Of a stretch of 64,000 nucleotides of DNA, positions 39,829 to 53,930 are shown one piece after another (the first letter of the stretch is position 1; each line of letters opens with the position of its first letter). This DNA comes from Eledone cirrhosa (Eukaryota), in contig OZ024746.1 of assembly GCA_964016885.1 (NCBI GenBank), positions 39,990,001 to 40,054,000 on the forward strand, given 5' to 3'. The notes beneath the pieces are model-generated. The model saw only the letters and a program-made list of their open reading frames with translations, was not told the DNA's origin and did not search any database. A program made the position numbers and the translations under genes.

Positions 39829-41607
39829 TTACCTCTCTGCGTCCCGGGTATCGGGCTGCACAATTTCCATTAGGGTGGGGGATGGGTTGTTGGGTGGGGT
39901 GGTGGTTTGTGGAAGTGTGGGGGCATCAGTGTGTTGTGTGGTTGGGGAGCTTGGAGTTGTGTGGGTGTTTGGGGAGGGGGTGGGATAGTTTTTTAGGAGG
40001 ACGCGGTTAATGGGCCCGACGCAGGGGGGACCCACGTCCTCTTTAAAATTGTTTTTTAAAGTTTTATAGGTGTCCTGTGGGGCCTTAATCATTTTGAGGT
40101 GGGGGAAATCCCCTGCCTGGGTGAAGTTAGGCCCTTGTGTTTTTATTAGATTGTTGTTGTACACAATGTTTAACAGTTTTTTGTTTCTTGTATTTATGTA
40201 TGTGTATGCATGTTTTTGTTTTTGTGTGGTGTTTTTTGTTTGCTGTTGTGAGCTCTTTTGTGTTGGTGTCAGTGTTATGTTTTGGGGAGGGTTTTTTTTC
40301 ATTTGTGTGTCTGAGGTGTGTTTTCTTTTTTTTCTTTTGATTGTGTGGAAGTGCTCCTCCTCGTCTGACGACGAACTAGGGTCATCTTCCGCGTTGGAGG
40401 GGAGGGGTATATTTTCGGGTTGTGTTTGCGGTACGGGTGTTTTGGAAATTGTTTTTGTTTTTTGAGTGGAGGGGATGGGTTGGACATTGTTTTGTTTTGG
40501 TTTGAGCTGTGGTGGTTGTTTTTGTAGTGGTAGTTGTGGTGATTGTGTTGGTTGTGCAGCTGTTGGTGGTGTAGGCAGGATTGGGGTTTTCTTATTAAGT
40601 TGGGGACAGACAGCCCTCAGGTGACCTCTGGTTCCGCAGAGGTAACACGAGGGCCGTCTACCCTCAACGGTAATGTTGATGAAGGTTAGATCATCCAGTA
40701 TGACGCGTTCAGGGATCTGGGCGATCCTTTCGGGCCTCATTTGAACTACAAGTTCGAGGCTCGTTCCACTGAACGCGTCACCCGATGCCTTTCCCATGGA
40801 CACCAGCATGTCATCCTCCAGGTCCAGAAAACCTGTCAAAACCCACCATATGTCCATAATCGGCAGGATGGTGTGGATTTTTATTTTTTGTGTTCTTCTA
40901 CCCATGTACGTAGGGTAGAAGGTGTATGCGGTGGATGTGATTGGTTTGATGGACAGTTTCACTGCTGTGTCCCTGTCCTTCATGAGAATGGATAGACTCC
41001 CGTAGAGTCTATCCTTCTGAATGAAGGTGATGTCCTTCATGACGTCTTTTAAAACCAGCTCTATCTCGCTCTGTGATGGTTGAGCTGGTTTTTTACTTTT
41101 GTTCGAGATTGTCCTAAACATGACCGTGTTTAGGAGTCTCTGGCTTTTTAGTTCCGGGGGGGAATGGATTGTGAATGAACCATTTTCCCCGTACACTATA
41201 TATTTTTTCGCATCCGCCAGTAGCTCCTTCGCTTTTGTTATATCTACTGGCAGATAGTCGAGGGTTTTCCTTGTCGTCTCGGCGAAGGAGAAATTTTGTT
41301 TGTTTGTGTTGTTGTTGTCGTTGGTGGTGTTGTTGTTATCATTGTTGTTGTTGTCACCGTTATTGGTCTTGTTGTTGTTATTGTTATTGGTGTTGTTTTC
41401 GTCCGTCGCATTGTTGTTGTTGCTGTTGCCGCTGGTTCTTTGAGTTGTTACCATGGCAACGTCAAGTTGTCGGTTAACAGGTGGAGAGAATTCTTCCTCT
41501 GGCTGACCTTTCTTCTTGACCTCTGCTACTGTGACAGTGGCAGGGGGAAGCTGTAAGTTCATCTTCCCCTTTCCTCCTTCGAATTTTGGTGAAGAAGCTT
41601 CGGCCAT
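39829..41607 (-). CDS. LINE ORF1 (gag-like, single CCHC zinc knuckle)
   Basis: 592-aa ORF directly upstream of ORF2; CYLCGTRGHLRAVC; basic KRKKRK patch. Confidence 0.9.
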   Translation of the reverse strand: MAEASSPKFEGGKGKMNLQLPPATVTVAEVKKKGQPEEEFSPPVNRQLDVAMVTTQRTSGNSNNNNATDENNTNNNNNNKTNNGDNNNNDNNNTTNDNNNTNKQNFSFAETTRKTLDYLPVDITKAKELLADAKKYIVYGENGSFTIHSPPELKSQRLLNTVMFRTISNKSKKPAQPSQSEIELVLKDVMKDITFIQKDRLYGSLSILMKDRDTAVKLSIKPITSTAYTFYPTYMGRRTQKIKIHTILPIMDIWWVLTGFLDLEDDMLVSMGKASGDAFSGTSLELVVQMRPERIAQIPERVILDDLTFINITVEGRRPSCYLCGTRGHLRAVCPQLNKKTPILPTPPTAAQPTQSPQLPLQKQPPQLKPKQNNVQPIPSTQKTKTISKTPVPQTQPENIPLPSNAEDDPSSSSDEEEHFHTIKRKKRKHTSDTQMKKNPPQNITLTPTQKSSQQQTKNTTQKQKHAYTYINTRNKKLLNIVYNNNLIKTQGPNFTQAGDFPHLKMIKAPQDTYKTLKNNFKEDVGPPCVGPINRVLLKNYPTPSPNTHTTPSSPTTQHTDAPTLPQTTTPPNNPSPTLMEIVQPDTRDAER

Positions 41608-41822
41608 TTAAAAAAATATTGACTTTTCAACAAGAAAAAACTTTTTTTTTGTTTAACTATTTCGCCTAAAGGCGTAGAATATTTTGAGAGACTGACCAGA
41701 TCAAAGTTTGACCTGGCAGTCCCTCTACAAAATGGTACAAAAATTAAAGTTATCAGACAAGAATTTCTATAGAAATTTAAACAGAACTTACTCAGCAAGT
41801 TATACGCGTGTGTCCATCCCAG

Positions 41823-41870
<48 letters not shown>

Positions 41871-41871
<1 letters not shown>

Positions 41872-44800
41872 TATTTCTTTATTTACCATAAAGGCATAAA
41901 AAGAAGGGACAAATACAAAGGGGGAGTTTACATATAATCGAGTAAAAAGGGTGTAACATGAAAATAATCGAAAATAACCTCAAAAGGGAGGGGACGTGAT
42001 GGGGGTTGCACACACCCCCGAAAAAGTGTGCAATCCTTTGCCCGGGGAGCACATGGAGAAGGTGCTCCCCTCTCCTTCACTTCTTTACCTACAGGATGGT
42101 ATACAGAGAAGGCCCATTTACACGAGCCATTCTCGCCACTATCACCCACCTTTCATAAAACTGCCTGTGGCCAAGCACCTCTCTCTCCATTCTTATCCTT
42201 CTTCCGAAGTGATATCGGAAGAAGTAGACCAGACTATGGCCAGAGAGGAAGATGCCTGGCCTCAGACCTTTCAATCGTGTCCACCAAACAACCTCTTTCA
42301 ACATGGCTATTACGCACAGAAAAACCGCCTTTGCTTCCTTTGTGAAGAGGGGAGGCGGTTTGATTGTCATCACGGACTCGGCGGTCAATTTAATCGGCGC
42401 CACCCGCGACAGCAGTCGTTCGGCGTAGCCCCACAGATCAGCCACGCCCGGACATTGCACCAATGCGTGCGCAACGGTTTCTTCGTGACGCACGCATCTA
42501 GGGCAAATCTTTTTTGAGGGATCCCTGCCCGGGCGCCCGTGTCTGTAGAGCCTCTCTCGAACGGGTAGAGCCCCCCGGTAGTACTGCCAGGCCAGTGACT
42601 TCTGGAAGTTGTCCATTGGTCCTGGGCCGAAAGTCCTACCGAACAGGCTGGCCAGTTCGTCTTCTTCCATGCCCAGCGACTCTCCAAGGGTGTCATCGCC
42701 CCTGCTAGCCACCAGCCCTCTATAGAATGATGAGGTGGATTCTCCACCGATGGCCCGGCCCGCTTGCCAGAGAGCCCTGAGCGCCTGAGCACACTCAGTG
42801 TGCCAGTCTCCCAGTTTTCCGGATCTTTGCTTGACCCAGGACTGTAGCTCGGTGAGCGAGGCGAGTCTCGGAAAGGCTCGTTTCACGAACAGAGCCCACA
42901 CCGGTTGACCAGTGAGGAATACCTGTAGGTGCCGTAGCCTTAATGCGTGCCTACGCATCATCAACCACGGCATCCCCAGCCCTCCTTTCGAAGGTTGTTG
43001 GCAGCAGATGGATCTTCTCACCATAGGAGGGCGCTTCTTCCAAAGAAATTGGAAGAGCATGCGTTCCATGGTGGTGAGTGTTTCCTTAGGGCAAGGCACG
43101 ACAGTCAGGCGGTAGTAAGTGACGGACGCTATGTAAATGTTCGCCACCTCCGCCCAGCCTTTTAGGGACAGCTTACACTTGGCCCATTTCTGGGTTAGTG
43201 CAAACACCTTGTTCGTAACCTCGTTCCAGTTCTTTTCCACCTGGTACCGATCGCCTCGATCTCTGAGTCGGTCGATACCATTACTGTTACGTCATCGGCG
43301 TAGGCCGACACCGCTTTGCTCAATCCTGGTTCCAGGGGGATACCCTGCAACAACTCCAACTTCCTCAGTAAAGGCTCGAGAGTCAATACGTACAGAAGGG
43401 AGGAGAGAGGGCACCCCAGTCGAATGGATCGTGTGATTTCGAACGGCTTCGAAAGGTAGCCGTTCACCTTGATCCTAGAACAGATGTGGTTGCTATTTAA
43501 GGCAGTTATCCAGCCTCTGAAAACAGGACCGAACCCAGCCGCCGCTAGCACCGCATCCAGGTAACCATGGTCGACCCTATCGAAGGCCTTAGACTGATCC
43601 AAGTTGATCAGGGCCCCACCGAAGCCGGGTTTGTTGCCAACCCTCTCTATGATGTATCGCATGAGGTGGAGGTTATCGTGAATGGACCTGGATGGGATAG
43701 CACATGTCTGCGCATCTCCCACCAGGCCACCCACGACAAGCGCCAACCTCTTTGCTAACACCTTGGCCAAAATCTTTAACTCTGTGTTTAGCAGGGTTAT
43801 GGGCCGAAAATTATTTATACTATCTCCCTTGTTCTCGTCCTTCCTCACCAGCGTGACTACGCCCTTGGCTACAGAACAAGGAATTCTCCCGTTCTGCTGC
43901 CAATTGCAGTAGACCGCTTCGAGGAGTTCGGAGAAGAAGACCGGCATTGCTAAATAAAGTTCGTAAGGTATACCATCGAGACCTGGAGATTTGCGTCTGC
44001 TGCATTGGCTCAGCGCATCTCCGATCTCATCAGCCGAGATTGGTCCCTCGCATGACTCTGCCTCTTCGCTCGAGAGACGCAGCAGGCCGTCGAGGTATGG
44101 ACCGAAATCAACGCCCCCGCCCGGACCCTCGCCTCCCCCGAACAATCGGGAAAAGTGCCTTTGAAAGGCCTCGCACATCTGCTTAGGCTCCCGGATCACC
44201 CGTCCATCTTCGTCTTGCAACGACCGGATGGTGGATCGATTTCCACTCTTAGCTTCTGTCACGCGGGCCCAGCCAACGGCTTTGGCCCCCTCATTACCTA
44301 GAGCACGTATTTTACTTCGAATGACGCAGCCTTCGTGCTTTGCATCGAAAAACTGGTTCAAGGCCGTCCTCGATGCCAGCACTCTGGCCACATCTTCGCG
44401 CTTGATTGCCTCTTCTAATTTACCTGTTAATTCTTTCTCGTTTCTATTCCTATCGGCAGCTAACATCTTGCTATAACTTATTGATTCTGTTCTAATCTCT
44501 CTTTTGAGAGATGCCCACCATCGGTTGTTGACGATTGCACCCGTCAACCTCTCCTTAACTAATCTGCTAATCCGGTTTCTGTAAGTCTCTTTTGCCGGTA
44601 AAGACAAATTAAGTTTCCAGTAACCGGGACCCTGTTTATGTGTTTTCTCGAGATTGACTACGCAGGTCACTAATTTGTGATCCGTGTAGCCAACCGTGCG
44701 CATTTCTGGACAGCTTAATATGTCCCTATCCTTACTTCTAACTAAGTATCTATCTAAGTACGATCTAGATTGACCACTGTGGTTTCTCCAAGTCCAGGTA

Positions 44801-46120
44801 GGCACAGTTGGAAAATCTAGTCGATATCTATCGACCAAGTTAAAACGGTCGAGTAACCCCTTGAGGCTGTTACACCCCCCTCTATTAGGACATGCTCCTG
44901 CATAGTCCCAACGTGCATCTAGGATGTCATTCCAATCCCCCGCTAGAAGCAGGGAACGCAACGTTCCTATAAAAGTCTCCAAACGCTGGAAGAAGTCGGG
45001 CCGTTCAGCTCCGAAAGGGGAGTAGACGGCGACCAGTCTCAAGGCCCCACTTTCACTACTGCCAACGTCTAGCACCAACAAACGACCCTCCGGGTCCGAG
45101 TGCACAACCTGTACGGCAAGACCCAGGTGTTTTTGCAGGAGTACGACAACCCCACCCCCACCTCCAGGTTTACAGAGAGATGCATGCACCTCAAAGTCAT
45201 CGAAGGTGGGGGCCAGCTGCCGCACGACGCTGATTCGAGTCTCACAGATAACCATTACATTTATACTACATGACCCGAGGTCATTTAGAAGCTTTGCTTG
45301 CTTCCAAGTTGAGCCCAGGCCACGTGCATTCAAACATCCTACTCTTAACACATCCATGTGGGCGGCAGAGCCAAAGGAGAGTGTAGAGACCTACCTTTCC
45401 GCTTCCCGGGGTTCGGGTTGCACGACTTCCATGGGGTCGGGGGTGTTGGGTGAAGGGGTGTCTTGTGGTGGTGTGGGGTCGTCAGTGTGTGGTGGGGTTG
45501 AGGTGTTTGGAGTTGTGTTGGGGAGGGGAAGGGGAGGGGGAAAGCTTTTTAGTAGGACGCGGTTTATGGGTTTGACAGAGGGTGGTCCTACGTCCTCCTT
45601 AAAATTCTTTTTTAGTTTTTGGTAGAGATTCATTGGGATCTTTATTAATTTTAAATGTGGGTAGTTTTCTGAAGAAACAAAGTTTACACCTTCGGTTTGT
45701 ACCGAAGGATTATTGTATATGAGTTCATTTAATTTATTATTGTTTCTGTTGATGTAAGTATAGTGTAATGTCATTTTTTCGGATGGTGTGAGTGTTTCGA
45801 AGAGGGGAGGGGCATGTTTGGTTTTGTTTGTTGCTGGAGGGGTGTTTTCTGTTTTGTTGGATTGTGTTGAGATTTGGGTGGGGGTTGTTTGGCCTTGTGT
45901 GTTTTGCACATGTTTTCTTTTTTTCCTTTTAATCTGTCTGAAGGACTCCGTTTCTTCCTCCGAATTCGTTGGGTTATCTTCAGTGTTGGAGGGAAGAGGT
46001 ATGTTTGCTGGTAATGTTTCCGTGTTGGTTTTCTTTGTGGGGGAGATGGATGTCACTATGTTAGACTGTGTTGTGTGTTGTGTCTGCGGTGGTTGTGTTG
46101 TTTTATTGAGTGAGAGGTTT
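41871..46120 (-). mobile_element. Tx1-clade copy B: 5'-truncated in ORF1, ORF2 broken by an internal deletion near 43244
   Basis: ORF1 C-terminus (FKEDVGPP..AER); ORF2 pieces 45357-43245 and 43240-42089; clearly diverged from A; (GATA)n on both sides. Confidence 0.92.
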
Positions 46121-46141
46121 AATAGATAGATAGATAGATAG

Positions 46142-47283
46142 ATATGTTTCTTTATTAGCCACAGGGGCACAAAAGAAGGGGACAAATACAAAGGGGGAAG
46201 TTTACATACAATAAAAACGTGTAAAATGTTATCACAAATGCAATTTAAAAAAGTTAGTCGATTTTCCCCAATAGGTGGAGACAGGTTATATGGGTAACAC
46301 ATACCCCCGAAAAAATGTGCAACCCTCATCTCCAGGAGTACGAAGAGTTTGTACTCCTTTCCTCCCCTCCACCTTTTCCTCAACCTAAAGGCTGATATAG
46401 AGAGAAGGCCCATTCACTCGGGCCATTCTCGCCACTTTCACCCACCTTTCATAAAACTTGCTGGGGTACAGCACCTCTCTCTCCATCCTGATTCTTCTTC
46501 CAAAGTGGTATTTGAAAAAAAGAATCAGTTGTTGGCCGGAGAGAAAGGTGTCTGACCTCAGCCCTTTCAACCTTGTCCACCATACAACCTCTTTCGCCAT
46601 AGCTATCACACAAAGGAAAACCGCCACTCCTTCGTTTTTGAAGGAGGGTGGCGGTTTGATCATGACAATGGACTCGGTGGTCAACTGGATTGGTCCCACC
46701 CGCGACAATAGTCGTTCTACATAGCCCCACAGGTCAGTGACGCCCGGGCAGTGTATGAATGCGTGCGCGACGGTTTCTTCGTCTCGCACGCACCTCGGAC
46801 AGATCTTTTTTGCAGGGTCCCTGCCCGGGCGCCCATGTCTGTAGAGCTTGTCTCGAACTGGTAGAGCTCCTCGGTAGCACTGCCAGGCCAGGGACTTTTG
46901 GAAGTTGTCCATCGGTCCCGGGCGGAAGGTCCTACCGAACAGACTGGCCAGTTCATCTTCCTCTACGCCTAGAGTTTCACCGAGCGTGTCGTCGCACTTG
47001 CTGCGGATCAACCCTCTATAGAATGACGAAGTGGAGTCTCCACTGATCGCCGGGTCCGCCTGCCAGAGGGCTGTGAGCGCCTGAGCACATTCGATGTGCC
47101 AGTCGCCCATTTTCCTCGGTCTTTGCTTGACCCAGGACTGCAGCTCGGTCAGCGAGACGAGTCGTGGGAAGGCTTGCCTCACGAACGGGGCCCACACCGG
47201 TTGTCCGGTGAGGAATACGTAGAGATGCCGCAGCCTGAGCGCGTGTTTGCGCATCGTCAACCACGGCATCCCCAGCCCTCCGT
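46142..47283 (-). mobile_element. Tx1-clade copy C, 5'-truncated (ORF2 C-terminus and 3'UTR)
   Basis: GGLGMPWL..CPRC..NGPSLYISL; (GATA)n on both sides. Confidence 0.92.
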
Positions 47284-47347
<64 letters not shown>

Positions 47348-47473
47348 GAAAGAGTGGGGGTGGATCGTGTATAGATAGAGAGAGTGAGAGAGAGAGGGGG
47401 GAAAGAGAGAAGGAAGAGAGAGATCTTGTACAGATAGATAGAGAGAGAGTGGGGAGATCGTGTATAGATAGAT

Positions 47474-48027
47474 AAATTTCTTTATTAGCCACAAGGGCAC
47501 AAAAGAAGGGGACAAATACAAATGGGGAGTTTACATACAGGTATATGAAAATAAAACTATTAATAAAATAACAAATAACAATTGATATCCCCAATGGGGG
47601 GGGTGTTACACAGGGGTTGTACACACCCCGAAAAAGTGTACAACCCTCATCTCCAGGAGCACCAAGAGTGAGTACTCCCTTCCTCTCTTCCTCTTTTTCC
47701 TACACCTACAGGCTTATATAGAGAGAAGGCCCAACCACTCGGGCCATGTTTGCCACATTCTCCCACCTTTTATAAAACTTGCTGGGGTACAGCACCTCTC
47801 TCTCCATCCTGATTCTTCTTCCAAAATGATATTTGAAAAAACGAATCAGTTGCTCGCCGGAGAGAAAGGTGTCTGACCTCACCCCTTTTAACCTCGTCCA
47901 CCATATAACCTCTTTCACCATAGCTATCACAGATAGGAAAACCGCCTCTCCCTCGTTTTTGAAGGAGGGTGGCGGTTTGATCATGACAATGGACTCGGTA
48001 GTCAACTGGATTGGTCCCACCCGCGAC

Positions 48028-48029
<2 letters not shown>
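47474..48029 (-). mobile_element. Tx1-clade copy D, 5'-truncated
   Basis: SRVGPIQLTTES..GPSLYISL plus 3'UTR; (GATA)n on both sides. Confidence 0.9.
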
Positions 48030-48096
<67 letters not shown>

Positions 48097-48119
48097 GAAA
48101 GAGAGGTGGTGGATCGTGT

Positions 48120-48156
<37 letters not shown>

Positions 48157-48934
48157 GTGTATATATTGCGGATAGAGAGATAGACAGACAGAGAGACAGA
48201 CAGATAGACAGATAGATAGAAAGATAGATAAATAGATTATTTATATATCAGGAGGAGTGATCAGACGTGTTTAATAAAACACTGCCGGAGCCGTGTCTGG
48301 TCCACTGAGAGGAATACCATTTTAATGCCTAAGACTAAAGGAACTGCAAACCCATAAACTGTCTTTCTACTGCCATTATATCTCAGAACATAAATACACA
48401 TCTCGAATGGCAGGAATTGAACTGAGAACCTAAATGTTTCTAATTTAATCACAAAGCCAGGAATTTGAGGTCAGGGGAAAAATCGATTATATTATTTAAC
48501 TGGTACTTTATTTTATTGATCTTGGGGGAATTTGAACTCAAAAAGTAAAGGGATGCTATTAAATTCCATACCGTATTTTGTCCGACGCTCTCCCGATTCT
48601 GCCAATTAACCATCTTAACGGAACGAATAATATTTGTTTATGATAGACACAAGACCACAACTTTGGTGGGGGATGTGTAATCGATTGAATTTTACGTCAG
48701 ATTTGTACATATTTTATCGTCTCCAGAAAGATGAAAGGCAAAGTCAACGCTGGCGAGATTTGAACGTAAAGGGACATAATTAAATACCAGAAGATATTTT
48801 CCTCAGCGCTCCTCAACTGTTTCTGTTGATCTATATTGCTAAGAAAACATAATGGTTTGTAATTTAGACACAAGGCCAACGATTTGGAATGGGAAGAAAA
48901 TTCATTAAATTAACCCCAGTATTTGACCCAGTAC

Positions 48935-49395
48935 ACAAAGCCATCCTTATGGAATAACATGCGAGCTTATGGCTTACCCTCCAGGGTTATCTCAGCCATC
49001 AAGGATTTATATACTGATTCAATATGTAGCGTAAGAACTGAGGATGGCTGTAGGGAATGGTTTGAGGTCATCATAGGCGTCCGCAAGGGATACCTACTGC
49101 CTCTAATTCTCTTTGCTTTGGGCATCGACTTGATTCTCAGAAGGGCAACAAAAGATAAGGGGATTAATTGGTTAGAGGAACATAAGCTCTCAGCCGTTGA
49201 CTTTTCAGATGATATTGCGGCCATGTCCAAAAATACATCCGATTTCCAGTATCTGATAGATGAGATAGGGCCATCTGCAGCCAGCATCGGCCTCCAAATC
49301 AGTGTCTAAAGCACCAAGAACATGCTAGTTGTTATTTATCCATCGCCAACAAAGGTCTGCATCAATCAGGAGGATGTTGAGGTCGTGAACGAGTA
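48935..49395 (+). mobile_element. Degraded RTE-like RT fragment
   Basis: GVRKGYLLPLILFALGIDLIL..DFSDDIA..IGLQIS. Confidence 0.75.
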
Positions 49396-49419
49396 AGAGA
49401 CTTGCTAATGAGGTCTAAA

Positions 49420-50100
49420 GCATGTTGTCCGACACTCTACCGATACTGCCAATCTACAAAATAATTGTTTCTACTTTAGGCACAAGGCCAGCAATCACCC
49501 AGTGCATTACTGGTACTTTATTTTATCGACCCTGTAAGGATGAAAGGCAAAGTCAACCTCGGCGGGATTTGAACTCAGATCGTAAATGGACGTAACTATG
49601 CTGGAAAGCATGGCGTCCGACCCTCTACCGATACTGCCAATCCACCACCCCTGCCAATCTACAAAATAATGGTATCTGATTTAAGCACGAAGCCAACAAT
49701 TTTGAGGAGAGGAGAAAATCGATTAAATTGAATCAAATGCGTTACTGGTACTTTATTTTATCGAACCCGAAAGGATAAAAGGCAAAGTTAACCTCAGCAA
49801 GATTTGAACTCAGAACGTACAGGGCCGTAACTATATGCCGCAAAACATGTCCAACTCTCTACCGATACTGCCAATCGACGAAATATTCTGATTTCTGATT
49901 TAAGCACAAGGCCAAAAAATTGGGAGAGGGGGGGGGTAATTCAATTAAATCGACTCCAGTACGTTACTGGTACCTTATATTATCGAACCAGAAAGGATAA
50001 AAGGCAAAGCTAACCTCGGTAAGATTTGAACTCAGAACGTAAAGGGCCGTAACTCTATGCGACGAAACATATCCGACGTTTTACCGATACTGCCAATGCA
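49420..50100 (-). mobile_element. Tandem tRNA-SINE array (about 3.5 units)
   Basis: Repeated ~200-bp units each containing ACCGATACTGCCAAT. Confidence 0.8.
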
Positions 50101-50593
50101 CGTAACATGATAAAAGGAATATTTGGTAACACAGAAATCATCTTTTCAAGAAATGACATTAGTCGGAAATTGTAAGAGAACTTTGTAATAATTCCATCAC
50201 ATGTGCCAGAGACAAGAAAGCTCTTTCCGTCACTTTCAGTATTTGGCCTTTTAGACTCTATCTACAACAGACTTAGTCACATATCCATTTCATACTGCCT
50301 CCAACAATACTTACTATATGTATGTTAACATATCTGGACATGCATGCATATGTTTACGCAGACTTAGACACACACATGTTCTCACACACATACACATATA
50401 TATATATGTGTGTGTGTGTGTGTGTAATATGTGTGTGAGTACATGTATGTATATATATATATATATATATACCAAACACACACACATGCATTTGTGTGGT
50501 TGGTGCGTATTTAGTTGCACGGAACCTAAATATATATATATATACATATATATGTATATGTGTGTATATATATGTATACATATATATATATAA

Positions 50594-50739
<146 letters not shown>

Positions 50740-50786
50740 GTATGTATATATGTATATATATATATATATATATGTATGTATATATG

Positions 50787-50817
<31 letters not shown>

Positions 50818-50818
50818 G

Positions 50819-50931
<113 letters not shown>

Positions 50932-51004
50932 ATGTATGTATGTACATATATATATATTTAGGTTCCGTATATATATATATGTGTGTGTGTGTATACATAT
51001 ATAT

Positions 51005-51081
<77 letters not shown>

Positions 51082-51167
51082 AGAGGGGGGGGGGGCAGAG
51101 AGAGAGAGATAAACAGACATACAGACAGACAGATAGATAGATAGACAGATAGATAGATAGATAGATA

Positions 51168-51240
51168 GATTTCTTTATTTGCCACAAGGGCACACAAGAA
51201 AAGGGGACAATACAAAAGATAGAAACACAGATGTATAGAT
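51168..51240 (-). mobile_element. Tx1-clade copy E, extreme 3'-end fragment
   Basis: TTCTTTATTTGCCACAAGGGCAC..GGGGACAA next to (GATA)n. Confidence 0.7.
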
Positions 51241-52351
51241 AATTATTTTTCACCACTGGTAGTGCAATGAATAACTATATTCCCATTATGGATCAGCGGC
51301 ATGTATCAATAAGTGATCTGCTTTATTGATAGTATGCCAGAAGTTAATCGGATACCTAGCAGCTAATTTAACTGTGGTGTCTGTATTAAATGTCGGATAG
51401 AATGCTTTACAGTATTCGCACCGGATCTCTGAGCTCTGATTTCAAACCCTGCCGAAGCCAATTTTTCATTCATCCTTTCGAGGTCGATAAATAAAGTACC
51501 AATCTAGTATTGGGATCGATTATTGTTCTCTGTCTCTTTCTCACGTCCTCTCTATCACTATCAAGTTCTATCCCTGGACCGAGCGGCAGGTTGTGCCCTT
51601 GAGCACGATGCTTTATGTCACGTTGCTTCAATCCCACCCCCCACCGTCACCATGAGCATCTGTAATTCAAGGGACCAGCCTTGCTCCACAATGTGTCTCG
51701 CTGAATCTCCCTGAGAACTATGTAAAGGGTACACATGTCTATATAATGCTCAGTCATTTACTCGTTAATTTCACAAGCAAGCAGCTGAGCACTCGTCAAA
51801 TAATAGTATGTGTACGTATCATATACATGTATAGCTACCTACTATAGACTAAACTTCTAAAATGATTTATATATTTTCACATGGTTCCTTTGAAGGTTTG
51901 TATTTGTAATTTTCTAATTATTCGTGTCCTTTCTGTGTGAAGTGCGAAAGTGTTTCCTCTTCTGAGTTCTAGAGCTTATTTTGACCAGCCGACTGCTCGC
52001 TGACAAAGTTGTACAGAAAAATATTTTCTATGTATGTTTATAGGCGACAAATTAGCAATCGATAGAAAGCTTTGCGGTTTTTGTTCCGAGACACTACACT
52101 CCGAGATTAAATTCCACTGAGGTCAACTTTGTCTTTCATCGCTTCCATGTCGATAAAAGAAGACCAAATCCAATACTGGGGATCGATTCTTCCTCCATAT
52201 CTTTTTTTCACTTCCTCTGTTTCACTCTCTCTCTCTCCGTCTATGGAAGGAATCAGTTCTGATGGGCTCCACTAAATTTAAAATGCTCAAGACACGCTGT
52301 TTGTCACGACAGCGCCCCTATGACACTATCAGGAGCTACGGGTCCATATAA

Positions 52352-53576
<1,225 letters not shown>

Positions 53577-53811
53577 TCATCGGCTTTTATACAGCAATAA
53601 CCATTAAAGGTTTTGCAGTTTTCATTGTCACAACTATTGTAAGTATCTGTAGCGTGGTAAAGAACCAGGTTCTTTCTCCAAGAATTCAAGTTAACCCACA
53701 TTTTGATCCATTGTGAACCCCAGTTTTTCAAGATCCATGCTGAGGCGGTTAGTTGCATAGCTATGTACACCCCAACACACACATATATACATATGTATGT
53801 GTGTGTGTATG

Positions 53812-53881
<70 letters not shown>

Positions 53882-53930
53882 CACACATGAATGAATGTGC
53901 GGACAGACAAAAAGGTAAGCAGATAGATAG

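Larger units (their letters stand above)
36101..41820 (-). mobile_element. Full-length Tx1/L1-clade non-LTR retrotransposon (copy A, ~5.7 kb)
   Basis: 5'UTR, ORF1, ORF2, 3'UTR with AATAAA; (TATC)n at both ends. Confidence 0.93.
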
